Assembly (NCBI GenBank): GCA_963924565.1
Contig: OZ004608.1
Span: forward strand, 23,126,001 to 23,190,000
Origin: Ascidiella aspersa
Lineage: Eukaryota
Direction: 5' to 3'
Length of the DNA: 64,000 bases
Position numbers and translations under genes: made by a program. Below the pieces are notes generated by a model. It was not told the DNA's origin and did no database searches. It saw only the letters and a list, made by a program, of their open reading frames with translations. Numbering within the stretch: position 1 is the first letter of the stretch; every line of letters begins with the position of its first letter. This document shows positions 13,420 to 26,241 of the stretch, one piece after another.

Positions 13420-16229
13420 TTTAATATTTTCATTTTTTTTCAAATTAGATTAAATTTAAAATAACAATAATTAAAATCGTAAAAAATGTACAAATTAATC
13501 CACATTAAGATTGGCACTTTTCAGGCTGAACAATCCACTTGCTTGTATAAACATTCTGGCTAGAAAACTAAAAAAGTGCCTCCGACAAGTAGCATTTTAA
13601 TTACAAACAGAAATTAGGTTTGAATTAGAACGAGCAGAATGTCGCTCATTCGTCGAACTTTACTCGACTACAGGTATCCAGGTGTCCAAGTCTGCTGTTT
13701 TGAAATGTATGTGTTTTTAACATTAATCGTTGTATTACTCTATTTCAATCCAAATTGAAATGTATTTTTAAAAATTACAAAATAATAAACGTTTTATTGC
13801 TGCCTTAACTTTGGTTTACAGTTTCACTGAGATTTTTAATTTCACCTGGCCAGCAAAGGATATAACGTGCTTATACCGGTATACGCTGATGTTTCTGGTT
13901 GCAAAATATATACAGGAACACTGACTTATGTTTATCTACTATTTCAATGGTTACGTGCCTGACAAAAAGCAAGAGATAAACAGTAAAACATACCACAGTG
14001 AAAAGAGTGTAACAATAGTATTTGTACAAGAACAAAATTGCTTTAAATTATACGTAACTTAACGCTACATTATTGACGTGACGTAAACACAACATTATTG
14101 CTTAGCTGGTCTCCCTTCAAATTACTGTGGCGTGCGAACTACCCACAGAACTGCACACAACCCCCTGTTTTTCGTTGGACGATCGGTGATAGGTGATGTC
14201 GTTTGTACAGCGCTCGACGCTGAGTCCTATCTGATTACACGTAAGCTGGCTGAACAATGCAAGCAATATAATAGGCGGGTGTAAAATAACAGGCCTTGTC
14301 GATTACTGAGTTTCGCCAAACAAAACTCTTTAACAGCATACATTTATAAACAGATGTCATTTAAAGCTCAAAAGTAAACATAGCATCACACAAAATTGTC
14401 CCATTTTGCCTCGGACAAGCAAAGTATAAACACGTTGGCGCGAGGCATGCGGTATACTCCTTCACGCTAAACCTGCATTGTAAAACAGCAATGTGCGATA
14501 TTGCTTTTTAGCATTTCTTCGCGCAACTCTTTATCGGCAATGTTGACAGGCCAAACATGGGTCGCTTCCACGACTAGACCGCCATTCACCTCAGCTGCGC
14601 GATTAACTTTTGTCGCCTTTCCACGGTTTTATGAGTTGTATGTCCGGACACACCATGGCGTCAGACTTTTTTCCGAAATATGCGCTCTAAAGTGAAAAGC
14701 AAACAGACAGAGTAAACCACAAATCTGCTTTTAATGGAATTCGCGCGGGCTGAGCTTCCTGACTCCGCAGTTAAGACACGTTTACCCCTTCACACAACGC
14801 CTATGCACACTTATACAATAGGTTGAGCGAATGGCACACCAAAAAAAAACATGCAGATTTAGCACAAACTTAACACAAGCGCGGGTTATGGCAATGACAC
14901 GCCCACTTTACAGTCGTTCCGGTGTGGAGACGCATTTGTATAAAACTCTTAACCTTACCAGACCAAGTTGTTCAAGTGGAACATCAACAATTAACAAAAC
15001 TAACATCACTATATAACACCCATTTCAATTACCGACGAAATGGTGTAATTGTTGCGCAGTTTATTTTATTGGCTACTCTATGTGTTGTTTTCATTTTATT
15101 CACCATTCCTGTTTTATTCACTGCATTTTTCACACATATTTGTTCTCCGCTGCACCTCAATGTCTATTCCTATCTTTTTACGTTTTCGGACACCTTTTAT
15201 CATTAGATATATTCGGCACTCTTATTTCTCATCACGTTTATTTGTGAAAAAGATTTTCGAGATTCGCTATACTAAACAGTTGTGCCCCTTTTTAGATATT
15301 GTACGCTTATTATTTTATCCTCTAAATTGTCTATTGTAGTCTACTGTCGTCTCAGACATCGGGCAGACCATTAAGCAGAGCTCAATATTTTGTGGGAACA
15401 ATAAGAATTTGTCATATGGAAACATTATTACTGTGTTAGGTGATATATATTTCTATAAGAACTGATTTAATATGTTTTGGTATAAGTTTTTAAACTCAAA
15501 TGTAGCTAGGGGTTATGGCTGGGTAATAGCCTTAACCCGAGCTCCATCAAACTTTTTCTAACTGAGATAGGAAACATTTGGGAGGTATAGGTCACAGACT
15601 ATAACAGACTAAACAAAAAATCCAATTCTATAATGGCGCCGAGGTACTTTAGTACAGCAATAAAAATATCATTTTTGTAAACCAAGTTCTATCAAACTAC
15701 AATACCAAAAAAAACTTGAATTATTAGAACAGTATGACTACAAAGTTGAATAAATCGACTTAGTAATTTAAAATTGAAATACTATTGAACGGTATATTGA
15801 TCAAACGTCCTAACCTTAAACTGTATGGAAATTTTAACAATTCGCAATTTAAAGCCCCTTTGAAGCATAACAGTTCATGAAATATTCATAAATGCTTAGC
15901 AGCCTCTGGCTCACAATTATGGTAAAGTCATTGAAAAAACGTTTTTTAAAGTTAGGTCTGTAGTATATAGGACAATATAAGAAATGGTTTACATTTGTAA
16001 GTTACGACAATAAAAGTGAAATATTTGTAAATCAACAGCTCAGAAGTGGTACAGATAAATTTAGGCAAAATAGGTAACTTCTACTTAACCCTAGCAAATT
16101 CGATGTACTGTTTAGAAAATCATGGTGAAATACGTTCTTCCAGAGTCTAGGCCCCATCTCCCCTTTTTGCTTTTAGTTGATATCATGACTAAATCACTGG
16201 CCATCAGTGATGATTCAAAATCTATCTAA

Positions 16230-16314
16230 AAAGGGGCGGGAAAACACGCTCGATGTACCTAATGGACATTCGGCACCACCTGGGAACTCATACCTCGACC
16301 GTTACACCATTGCC
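16230..16314 (-). mobile_element. Possible degenerate tRNA-derived SINE head
   Basis: A-box-like TGGTGTAACGG followed closely by a degenerate B-box-like GGTATGAGTTCC; spacing is too short for an intact tRNA. Confidence 0.25.
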
Positions 16315-16726
16315 AAGTATGATTGTTTTTGTTTTGCGTTCACGGTACAAAAACAATGAATATATCTAGGCAAAGTTGTGTAGAAACGGCTCAAAACGCA
16401 AGGTGTTGGTAAAACCAGAAAAAATACATATTAAGTTGCAATAGATTTAAATCATATGGGGATACGTTAGTAATATTAAGCTTGCTGCAATACTGCTAAT
16501 ATATATAGGACTGAAAACTATTTAACAGGCATATTTTACTAAATTGCAACTCATCGGAAGGTGTCTACAATATAGTGATGCTACACTACAGTTTCACTAA
16601 AGTCGAAAAAAGATTTATACTATTTTCACAGCACAGGATAATTTAACTAATCATGTTCAACGTAACGATTCACTTCAGCTGTTTTTTGTTCTGCGGATAC
16701 GCTAGTGTGAACAATGAACACGTTAC

Positions 16727-17289
16727 CTGGTTCTTGCCACAGTAAATCGCCTGCTTGTTTCCCCGCCTCGCTTCACCATAAAACGCCTCATTGTTTGGGG
16801 AGAAACGGGCGGAGAAGGCCCGGGACTGATACCTCCCGGCAGAAGTCCACAGCGTTGCTTCTCCTGTTGGATTTTTGCCAGGTGATGCTTATGCTCGAGC
16901 CTCCGAAGCGTTCCAGGCGATAAGTGAGGAACCAAGCAGTTGGGATGGGCGTTGCTGTGTTGGCTGTACATTGGGCCGTCATCCGGTTCTCTAACTTCCA
17001 TTCTAGGATAATTTTTTGCAGTTGTTTTTTGAGTTGGGGCATCCATCAAAACTTGTAGATTTTCTACAGAAGTAGGTTGTGGTTCAGAGATGGACTTCTC
17101 TGGTAGAGTACAGAGTTTGCTTGAACGGCGATTGAACGCAGGCGACGTAAGTAAACTTCGTCGATCTGGTTCGCTGAAGGTTTGGCCTTTGGCAAGCGAC
17201 TGTTTTTTCTGTTGACTGTCTTCATTGCGATGAGTTGAAGTAAAACTAAACGGTCGAAAAGTAGCTAGTTCTTTATCACCTTTTGACAT
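16727..17289 (-). CDS. PDE4: PDE4D5/PDE4B3-like alternative N-terminal exon
   Basis: Ends ISPGPSPPVSPQTMRRFM...RRFTVART-AG|GTAACG, versus PDE4D5 ...SPVISPRNSPRLLRRM...RRFTVAHTC. Phase 2; strong acceptor TTTTTGTTTTTAG| at 17386. Confidence 0.9.
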
Positions 17290-18917
17290 TTTGGGTTTCT
17301 ATGCTTCCAATGTATTTGAATAACAAATTACACTCTTATAAAGTTAAATAGCTTGAATAAAACATAATAAAAGTACAATTTACATCTAAAAACAAAAATT
17401 TTTGTTTGGAAGATTTAAGGTACCTACAAATAATGACCATTTCATTAAACATTAGTATAATATAATATGCTTTTAGGGGTACCTACATGAAGTTGATTTG
17501 AAATTTAATTCTTATTGACTTGTTATAATGTTTTGACTTTTACAGATTTTCCATATATTTATGAATCAACCGGACTAAACCAAACAGTTGCTATAACAAA
17601 TAAAAGATTCGTGATGCAAGGAAAATTAGATAAATTAGCTTTGTAACAGAGCAGAAGAATAGTTCTTTGATAATATCTTGGTAAATTTTCAACATAAGTA
17701 TTAACAAATCAGTAATTCAACTGGTATACGTATGCTGCCTAATTTTTGCTCTATATTTCTTGACACTCATAGTGGTCTCAGTTTTTTCTGTTTATCTCGA
17801 TACCTAATTATAAAATGTATGACAATATCCAAGAGAGTTATTGATTTTTCTCGTTTACCAGCAGGTCCACACAGACCAAGGCTTGCATAAGGTCAGCTAA
17901 GTACATTTAATATTTTTTGTCCAATACATGCTTGAACGACACCGATCTATTTAAAGCCCTTTGAGTTTAACGTGTAGAAAAACAGCATCTGTATTTGCTA
18001 TTTAACGTGTTTGTTGGGCGTATTGAGAATGAATCTCTGTTTAAAATCGTCATTCCACACTTAACCCCGTAATCCGTATGTGTCCTGCTGATGCAGTCGG
18101 CAACTGACGCAACAAATAAGCAGTCGCTCTAGTGGCATTTAGTTTGGCACGGCTGCCGGAAAAACTCAACTAGACTGAACTGTAGACACAACTATTATAT
18201 TGCAATACTTTCACGAGGTGCCCGCGCTGTGAGCTGTATTCATTAAATGCGCAATTATGCTGGATTTTTTTGTAGTTTGTAGTTTCGATTTAGTGGAGTT
18301 GAATTGTACCGGTACGGCTGTCTCACCTGTTAAAATATACAACTTGCTTAGTTCGTTTTTTTATTTAAATTATTAGCTAAACTTTACTTAAGGGCTGACC
18401 AATTCATCAGAAAAACGGTTGTACTCTGACAGTTTTGTCGTCACATATCAGTATACTATATGTTATGAAAGCTACTGGTTTCGGCTTAGGAGATTGTTTC
18501 TTCGGGTTCTGCATACATACTATATTATTTCTTCGGAAATAATATTAAATAACAAGCTGATAATATACTACCATATTTCCCCACGTTTGTTATATATCTA
18601 CTGTGGCTTGTTAGATGGATTTATCGAACACAGCAAAAAACTAATGGAGGTACATCTTGCACCAACACAAGCCCTGAACAATCCATGTGATGGTTATTTA
18701 GAAATACAGAAAAACATTCCTTTTTAGCTTTCCGTTAAACGTTTATTTGTTTCCACTAATTATATGTATACATGATCTAGTTGGCGTAATAATCGCCTGA
18801 ATTTAAGACTTGCATGTAAGGCGCTTATACCGGCGCAGAAGGTGCGGGGTAATTTGGCCGCAAAAATGATATCTGAATAAATGCAATGTATATAGGATAT
18901 CATCTTGTTATACTAAC

Positions 18918-19067
18918 GGTTTTATTTTTGCATGGTCGTAACTAACAACTCGCGCGTCACTGTCTAATAGAGTATTGAATGTCAAATATGTCAATTGTAT
19001 AGCTCGCAAGCAGGATTTCCCATCAAAACTTCTCTTCGACGCTGCGCCTTCGCGCATGCTGTAAACT
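18918..19067 (-). CDS. Candidate additional PDE4 cassette/leader exon
   Basis: TATTGCAG|150 nt open in phase 2 (VYSMREGAASKRSFDG...HAKIK)|GTTAGT. Phase-compatible, but no recognisable motif. Confidence 0.25.
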
Positions 19068-22000
19068 CTGCAATACAAGTTAGTTTTCTGACTATGAATG
19101 GTGAACAAAATGTCACTGTTAAACAGCACAGACTACTTTTAAATAGTAGGATCGTTTAGGCTTGGGTCCAGTAAACCGTTTGTTATGATTATTTCAAAAC
19201 ATCGTAACAACAACAAAACAGCAGTTGATAACCAAAATGTCACTGTAAAACAGCACAAGCCTGCAGTCTGGTCTGCTAATTACCAACTATACTGCATTGT
19301 CACAAAAGGTACCTTGTTGTTTCACCGCGGCTAACCTCAATTCACCGTTGGCCAATGCTTAACTGGTATCAATAACTATTTCTAAAATACACAATACAAT
19401 TACATTGCAAAATGTGTTGTGACCGCATTATAGTGCATCTCTAGGAAAATGAGATCTGGTCTACAATGATTTAATATAGGTTAACCAAATTTTTCAGTTT
19501 TGAACAAACCACTTCCTCATGGATAGACATTCTGTATTTACAATTAAATAAATGCGTATCATTGAAAGTGTGCAGTGCTAATTAAGGTTCGACAGATTAT
19601 AATGATGTGGTGCTCTGGGCATCGGGCCATCGTAGTGTGTGCGATTAACTGTAACACCCAAATTGTTTTTGTAATGTTTTGATAACATTATCGCAAAAAA
19701 CGAAGAGCTTCAGGCAATATTTCAATGTATCTGCTACTGCTGTTTAAATTTATTTAGACCTAAGTCTGGTGGTGGTAACAAACGTATATAGAACAACAAC
19801 TTATACATTTCACGCTGTACTGCATTCTTCTATTTGGCTTCTCTCTCCATAGTAAAGCACACAACTTTCACTAGTTTAAGCGCTAATGAATTTTAGTATT
19901 CTCTCGACTTGCGCAAACAGGTGAACGTCACAGTCAATACGGTCTACCCAATCTATGTGCTCTTGGTCGAGTTTAAACTGTTTGTTAACAGATTGACAAC
20001 GCGTAGTTGTTTTTCAACAGAGAAACAACACGTAGTTGGATATGGCTGGAATAATATTAGTCACGGAATACAAATAAAAAAACTTAGACAGTAATACCAA
20101 ACTTTTTGATGTGTGATCTATTTAGTAGCTGTAACTGAGAGCCATACCGACGGATCTTTATGTAAATACTTATAGTTACCGACAAGATAGCTACGAATAA
20201 AACATACATTGGAAATGCGAACCGCTTAAACTTAAAGGATAAGTTTTTAAATATAAATGAATAGGTTTGGTTTGCCATTTCTTAGAAATGCCTTCATATA
20301 ACTGCAAATAATACGGAAGCTTGTTGTATTACTAAATTTCTTACTTTTTTAGAAAATATGTTGTGAGTCAAGTCATTTGTTAGCACCTAATGCACTATTA
20401 GTTTTGTTAAGAGACTTGTTTTTATAGTATTGGGTTGTTAGTAAAGAACTACAGGTGTTGATACTGACAGGCTTTCAACCACAAAATATGCCAACTATAG
20501 AGTAGTGAACTGATAAAGTAACAAGTTTTTCCGATATAAGTCCGATACCACATTTCGAATAATTTTGTGGCGTTTTGACTAGTTTTTCATCAAATTGTGA
20601 GCACGGTTCGTTTCTATGAACTTCAAACAGCAATAAACGAAAGGGTTTGACTCCATTTATAATTTGAAATACAGCGTTGCTTCAGAATCCTGTGCAAATT
20701 CCAAACACTAATAATAAATAAATGGCAGTTTACGTGCTTACTTAAACTGAAGTATTCCTAAGACTTAATAGGACTTAATTCACCAATGAATGTGTGCGAA
20801 TTGCAAGTAATTTCCCTAAATATAGTATTTTTCGCCAAAATACTTGAACGTCACACTAGAATTACACAATATGACGTTGTTCAGACGAATAAAAACAACC
20901 TATAGATCCCACCTAACTTCATTGTTGGTCACTAATAATATTATAAGCAATAAACTTTTTTCCTCCACACGGTTGAATCACAAATACTGAAATAACAAAA
21001 ACTCTGTGCTTAGTACTATTCTTAACTATTTAAGTAACGCAAATTTGAGAAACGTAACTTGTAAAATTATGTGCGGCCCTCTCTACATACGGTGTTGTAT
21101 TTAGCAACAAACGTATTGATTGGCACAACTAGAAAATGATAACCTACAAATGATATTAACATAAACGCTAAGTTTATTTAAGTAGATCGACATGATTTGT
21201 TTGGTGAAGTTTTAGAAACAATTTTTGTCGCTGTCGATCGCTTTGGACTATTCTTACACCGTAGCTTTCTAAATTTTCTTTTATTATTTATGTTGTATAG
21301 TATACAAATGATCTACTGTGTATCAATTTTCACGTATTCCTGCCATCGCTTTGCCTGAAGGCATTACAGAAAAACGACCTTAGTAAAACTGATACACCAA
21401 AAAGCACTGCATGCTTCGACAAAGACTAAGTCAGTAAAATGCTTCAACCAAGCCCTTCAGTGCTCTGGATAACTACATTACTTCCCCGGTGCTCATATTG
21501 AATTTATCTTACTTTTTGCAAACAATACGGCATCGCGGCTGCATTTGACAAACATAAATTATTTAGCGTAGCATTGGCGTTTTCGGCAGCTCCTTGCAAA
21601 TGATGCCAACATGAACGTGAACGCACAAGTGCGCTATCAAAACTCTGCTAATAAACACAAAAAATACAATGCAAACGATTTTTCCCAACGAAACGTCAAA
21701 ACCAGACATGGCAAGTAAACTAACTGAAAGCCAAGGCACGGTCGGACCTTATTGTCTCGCGCAATGCACAATAAAGGATGGTGTTTTGTTACAGGTTTAA
21801 CAACGCGGGCCATGTGTTCAAAACAACTGCATACAATGATTGAGAGTACAAGTTCTGTTCTTTAACGTTGTGGTACCCGGTGATGTAGAATGCAATAGGA
21901 CTATCATTTTACAAAGGACTGTAAACTATTTATTTGTGCTGACATATATGAGAAACACGAAAACTTTATTGGAATGGAACACAAATGTTAGTTTCTTTCC

Positions 22001-25000
22001 TTCAGAGTAACACAATTACAACTTTTTACGACAACACATAAAACACCAACATTTACGCACATCTAAAGTAGAACAACAAAATTTTAGGGCATTAATAATA
22101 TTATGCCTTCCATAAAGGGAATTATCTCACTTGAATAATGCCCAGCACTAAGTTTGTATGTATTTAAAGCATTTTTTATATTATAAAAATGAATCTGACC
22201 AATCAAGAAATTTGGTCAGAATCATATAGATAGAAGAACCTACGTTGTACACAGGGGTAGGGAACCAGACAGCGCCACTCAAATGATATTTTTGCTAACT
22301 TAAACGATGTAAATTGTAAACAAAAAAGCTTTTCGCTTCGCGCAATTTAAGTTTTGCTATATATTGCTTTGGGGACATCGTTTTAGGTTAAGGTTTCGTG
22401 CTTACCATGACAAGTTTCCGTATTTAAAAAATACACATATAATTGAAAGTATACCGGCCACTATTCAACAATAAACAACGGCCTTTAACAATAAACAACG
22501 GCCTTACATGGTGTTTTCAAGATCATTTCGATAAATTCTGTTATGTCGAACAATGTGATTTTTTGTTTTCTCGGTGCGTCACTCTACTTCTAAATTAAAC
22601 GTTCCTTCCATCTAAATCTATTAAATGCGTTTTTGTTCGCATAGTTCGCGAGATGCAACTTTGTTTGCATTTTTGCGTACGAGTTTGCTCGAATACAGTC
22701 AGTTTCTTAGATAACTTGTTTTAGGACGTCAAGTTACGCCGCAAATTTGTAACATTTAAATAAAAAATGTCATACCTCTCCCCCCTACAAAAAATCGGAG
22801 TCCGCTCTTATTCCCTATAAGAAATTAAACCTTGTTCAAAAATAAATTCGCCTAAATCTAGTTGCCAAGAATCACTAATTGTCTTAGTAGCGTGTAATCG
22901 ACAAAAATAAAATTTATTTTTATATGGTACTTATTTAATGTCTTAGGGGGCGGAATTACAAAAGAGGGGCCTGATACAAAAAAGTTAGAAAACACTGATT
23001 TACGGGATAGCAATGGTTAATTATCTTACCAAAAAGTTAGAAAATGGCAAATCTAGATCTTAGGCCAAGCATTCCAGGTGCACAAACTGTGATTTGTTTT
23101 TTTTTCGTTTAAAGTATTGCTTACCCAAAATTGCTTATCGTTCGCAGGATACATTGTGCAAAGTCTCCCGGCACAAATAAACTCGCCACCAACAAAAAGT
23201 GTGAGTAAAAAGACAAAAAACGTTTTAGTAACCAAATGAATGTAACCCTAACCTTTATTTTTTTGGTTAATAAACAAGAAAAAGGGTCAAAGGTGCATTG
23301 ATGCCTAAAATTTAAGTAAGGGAAGGTAATTGGTCGCGCGTATTATTTTTAAATTATTAGTTGAATATCTTTATGGAAAAGTCCTAACACAGTTCCCAAC
23401 ACGGTAAGTAAGTAACTAAGTAGGTAAGTTAATTAGCGTGTTCGTTTTGCGTGTGCTCTTGAAAAGTCTGTTAAATTAGTTTTGGCTGTTTCCTTTCCGT
23501 TTACATCCTGCCTGGTTGCTGAACTGACCATTTAATCCCTAACGCATACGCATTCCTGCAAACGTTAGTGTAATTCGAATTCTGCTGCATGAGACAACGA
23601 AATGCACGCCTTACTGGCGAGACGTGTTTTTACTGCACTGTAAGATATTTTGTTGAAATCGAACTATGCTGAATTTTTCGAGTTTACAATAAATCTATAA
23701 GCGACCTGGCAGAATGCACTTTGTTATGCAATGGCAGTTTGTTTAGTTTCGATTTAGATTTTTTGGGGGAGTTGAAATAGCACTGTGGTTAATGTCTTAC
23801 CTGTTGAAATATACAGACAAAACATATTTTTTGAGCTATATATTGTTCTGGGGTTAGGTTTACATTTTGCACTCCAGGGCAGCCACAGGTTGTTTATAAA
23901 CAGCCAAGTAACTCTCTAGCTCCCCCTAGCAATAGTAACAAGAAAAATGAATGTCGGAACACGGAGTTTAGTTAGGCCATCTAAACATTTTGCGTTTTTT
24001 TTAGAATTTTTTTTAGAACCTGACTAATTTAACGACATTCATAGTAAGGCGAGTGTATAAAAAGGGAGGGTAAACAATAACTTAAACGTAAACCTGTTTT
24101 TCCATACGTTGTTTACATAGCGTAAATAGCGACTTCAAAACGTGTTATCATTCAAAACAGTATTGATAACAATGCATCAACAGTGACTTAACTGCAAACA
24201 ACGCAAAATGTCGTGAAAGGGTATCTTGTTCGCTAACTGACAAACAGCTTTCTTGAAGGTCCTAAATGTTCTGCTATTTAGGGCACAACAAATTGAGAAA
24301 AATATTATTTCACACATATTGCCTTTTCCAAACTCTAAAATGCTATGATTTCTAGAGTAATAGAGAAGTTAAATAGCCAATATGAGGAAGGATAGTTGTT
24401 GGGCATGTCCGTTAGGGACGTGTGGTCGTAAAACAACAAAGGAAATTATGTTAGCAGATAGTACATATCTTTAAAAAGGTTGAATGTTCGGTCTCCAGGC
24501 GGCAAATGGAAAATTATTGATCATTTCAAATGTCAACAAGGAAAGAGTCGCACGAAATCTTATGACGTGCGTCTTTTTGTACAGTCCTAGTTACGCCCAC
24601 AGGCGGCAGTGAAACAGCACAGACGGGAATCGATGTGTGTCAGTTACAACCGTGTTTTGGAAACGCATAATCGAACGAGAAACCTATTAAGAAGGCAACG
24701 AAAAATATCTATTGTAAAGTAGGGTAGGAAGACACAATAAAATCCAAATCCCTGGCGGGGCGACATTTAGTAACATCAATCTGTATATCGAAGTAGACCT
24801 TTGAAAAACAAACATTTTCATACGATCAGCGTTTTTAATTTTAGAACCGAAACTCAAAAAACAAAAGTCAGTCTTCATTATTTTTGACTTGAGTATGGTA
24901 TGGCAAACAAATTATGTATGACTTTTCACAAAATCGACAGACTGGTTGTCGTCTTTATTTGATAACCACACTACGTATTCATCTGAATAAAGTGAAATTT

Positions 25001-25562
25001 AGCGAAATCGTTTAAGATCGATAAACCATTCAGTCTAAAAAAATTCAAAAAAAATGAACAGTATATTTAAATAACAAACGAACAACATTGGTTTGGTACT
25101 TAATTGGGAACTTTCTGTCACAAATAATGTCATTTGGCCTGTTGTTATTGTGATTTATGACTTATCAGTCAAATGCTGACCGATTGCCAAAACAGCTGGC
25201 TGGTAAACACGGAAAGGCAATGGATTGAATTTTCAGCATTTGAATAATTTACGAGTGTTGCTGTGCTGTGACAGTAAAAAATGCGTCGACCAACGTACAC
25301 ATATATTAAAGAGAGGCATAAACAAGGTACAACAAAAACACTATGACAGATACGGCTCTCGGCTTGTCGCGACCCGCATATTCCCATAAAATATAATTGA
25401 ATTGTATAGCTTACATAAACATGCATTTGTACGTGTACTGTTATTCCAACTTCTAAAGGTAGGCAATACATTTCTCAACAAACCAAGGCACAATCTGCAC
25501 TAACTTACACATTGTTGAAGCTGAACAATAAGTTAGATTCGTGTAATATTACAAAGCCTTAC

Positions 25563-25695
25563 TTGTTGAACGTTTGATAGGACCACTCGCTCATTCGGCG
25601 TCTTGCATTAAGGCTCGGGAGGCGAGCGGCAGATGCACGTCGTAGATAAAGCGGGCGATACAGGCTATCTTCGTAAATAAAAGACAATGGGTCGC
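25563..25695 (-). CDS. PDE4: PDE4D7/PDE4B1-like N-terminus, exon 3 (not in the ORF track)
   Basis: CCTTCTTTAG|...|GTAAGG, 133 nt, phase 1 to 2. Encodes GDPLSFIYEDSLYRPLYLRRASAARLPSLNARRRMSEWSYQTFN, versus PDE4D7 DPFRGMEPYLVRRLSCRNIQLPPL. Confidence 0.75.
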
Positions 25696-26145
25696 CTAAA
25701 GAAGGAATGAATCAAAATCTTTACAATACAATAGGAAATTGTGAAAGCGAACAAACTTTTATGCAATATCTGTGGCCGAAAAAGCCAGACAGGTTTGCGT
25801 ATCAGTTTGATTTTTTAAAACACATTGTATTTAAAAAAGCAAGTGTAAAGCAGCATAGCCATTTGGTAGTAAAACACTAGTGATAAGTTACGTTTAACGT
25901 TTTATTATTTTACATTAAATGTATTAGTATATTCTAGCCAGTAAATATGTTTAAAACGAAAATTGTATTGATGAAAGTTCAGCTGTTTTTGTAATGGAAT
26001 AATGCCAGGTGTAATGTTCAACCGGTTATCGTTACCGCAGATAAGTGCGTTATTCGCAAAGAATAACTGTGGAATGGGGCTGCTAGCTATGGAACCTGTG
26101 TTTACTAACATAACACAGGCAACATTATTACGTTGAAAGGAATAC

Positions 26146-26241
26146 CTTCGCTACATCCGAGCCGTGGTCGGTGACCCGTAACAGCATCTCCAGCTGATTT
26201 CGATCGACCCATGGTGATACCTTTCTTCGACTCTTCAACGG
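26146..26241 (-). CDS. PDE4: PDE4D7-like N-terminus, exon 2
   Basis: TGTTTCAG|96 nt|GTATTC, phase 1 to 1. Encodes VEESKKGITMGRSKSAGDAVTGHRPRLGCSE; RSKSA occurs in the PDE4D7 leader. Joins both neighbouring exons in frame. Confidence 0.72.
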
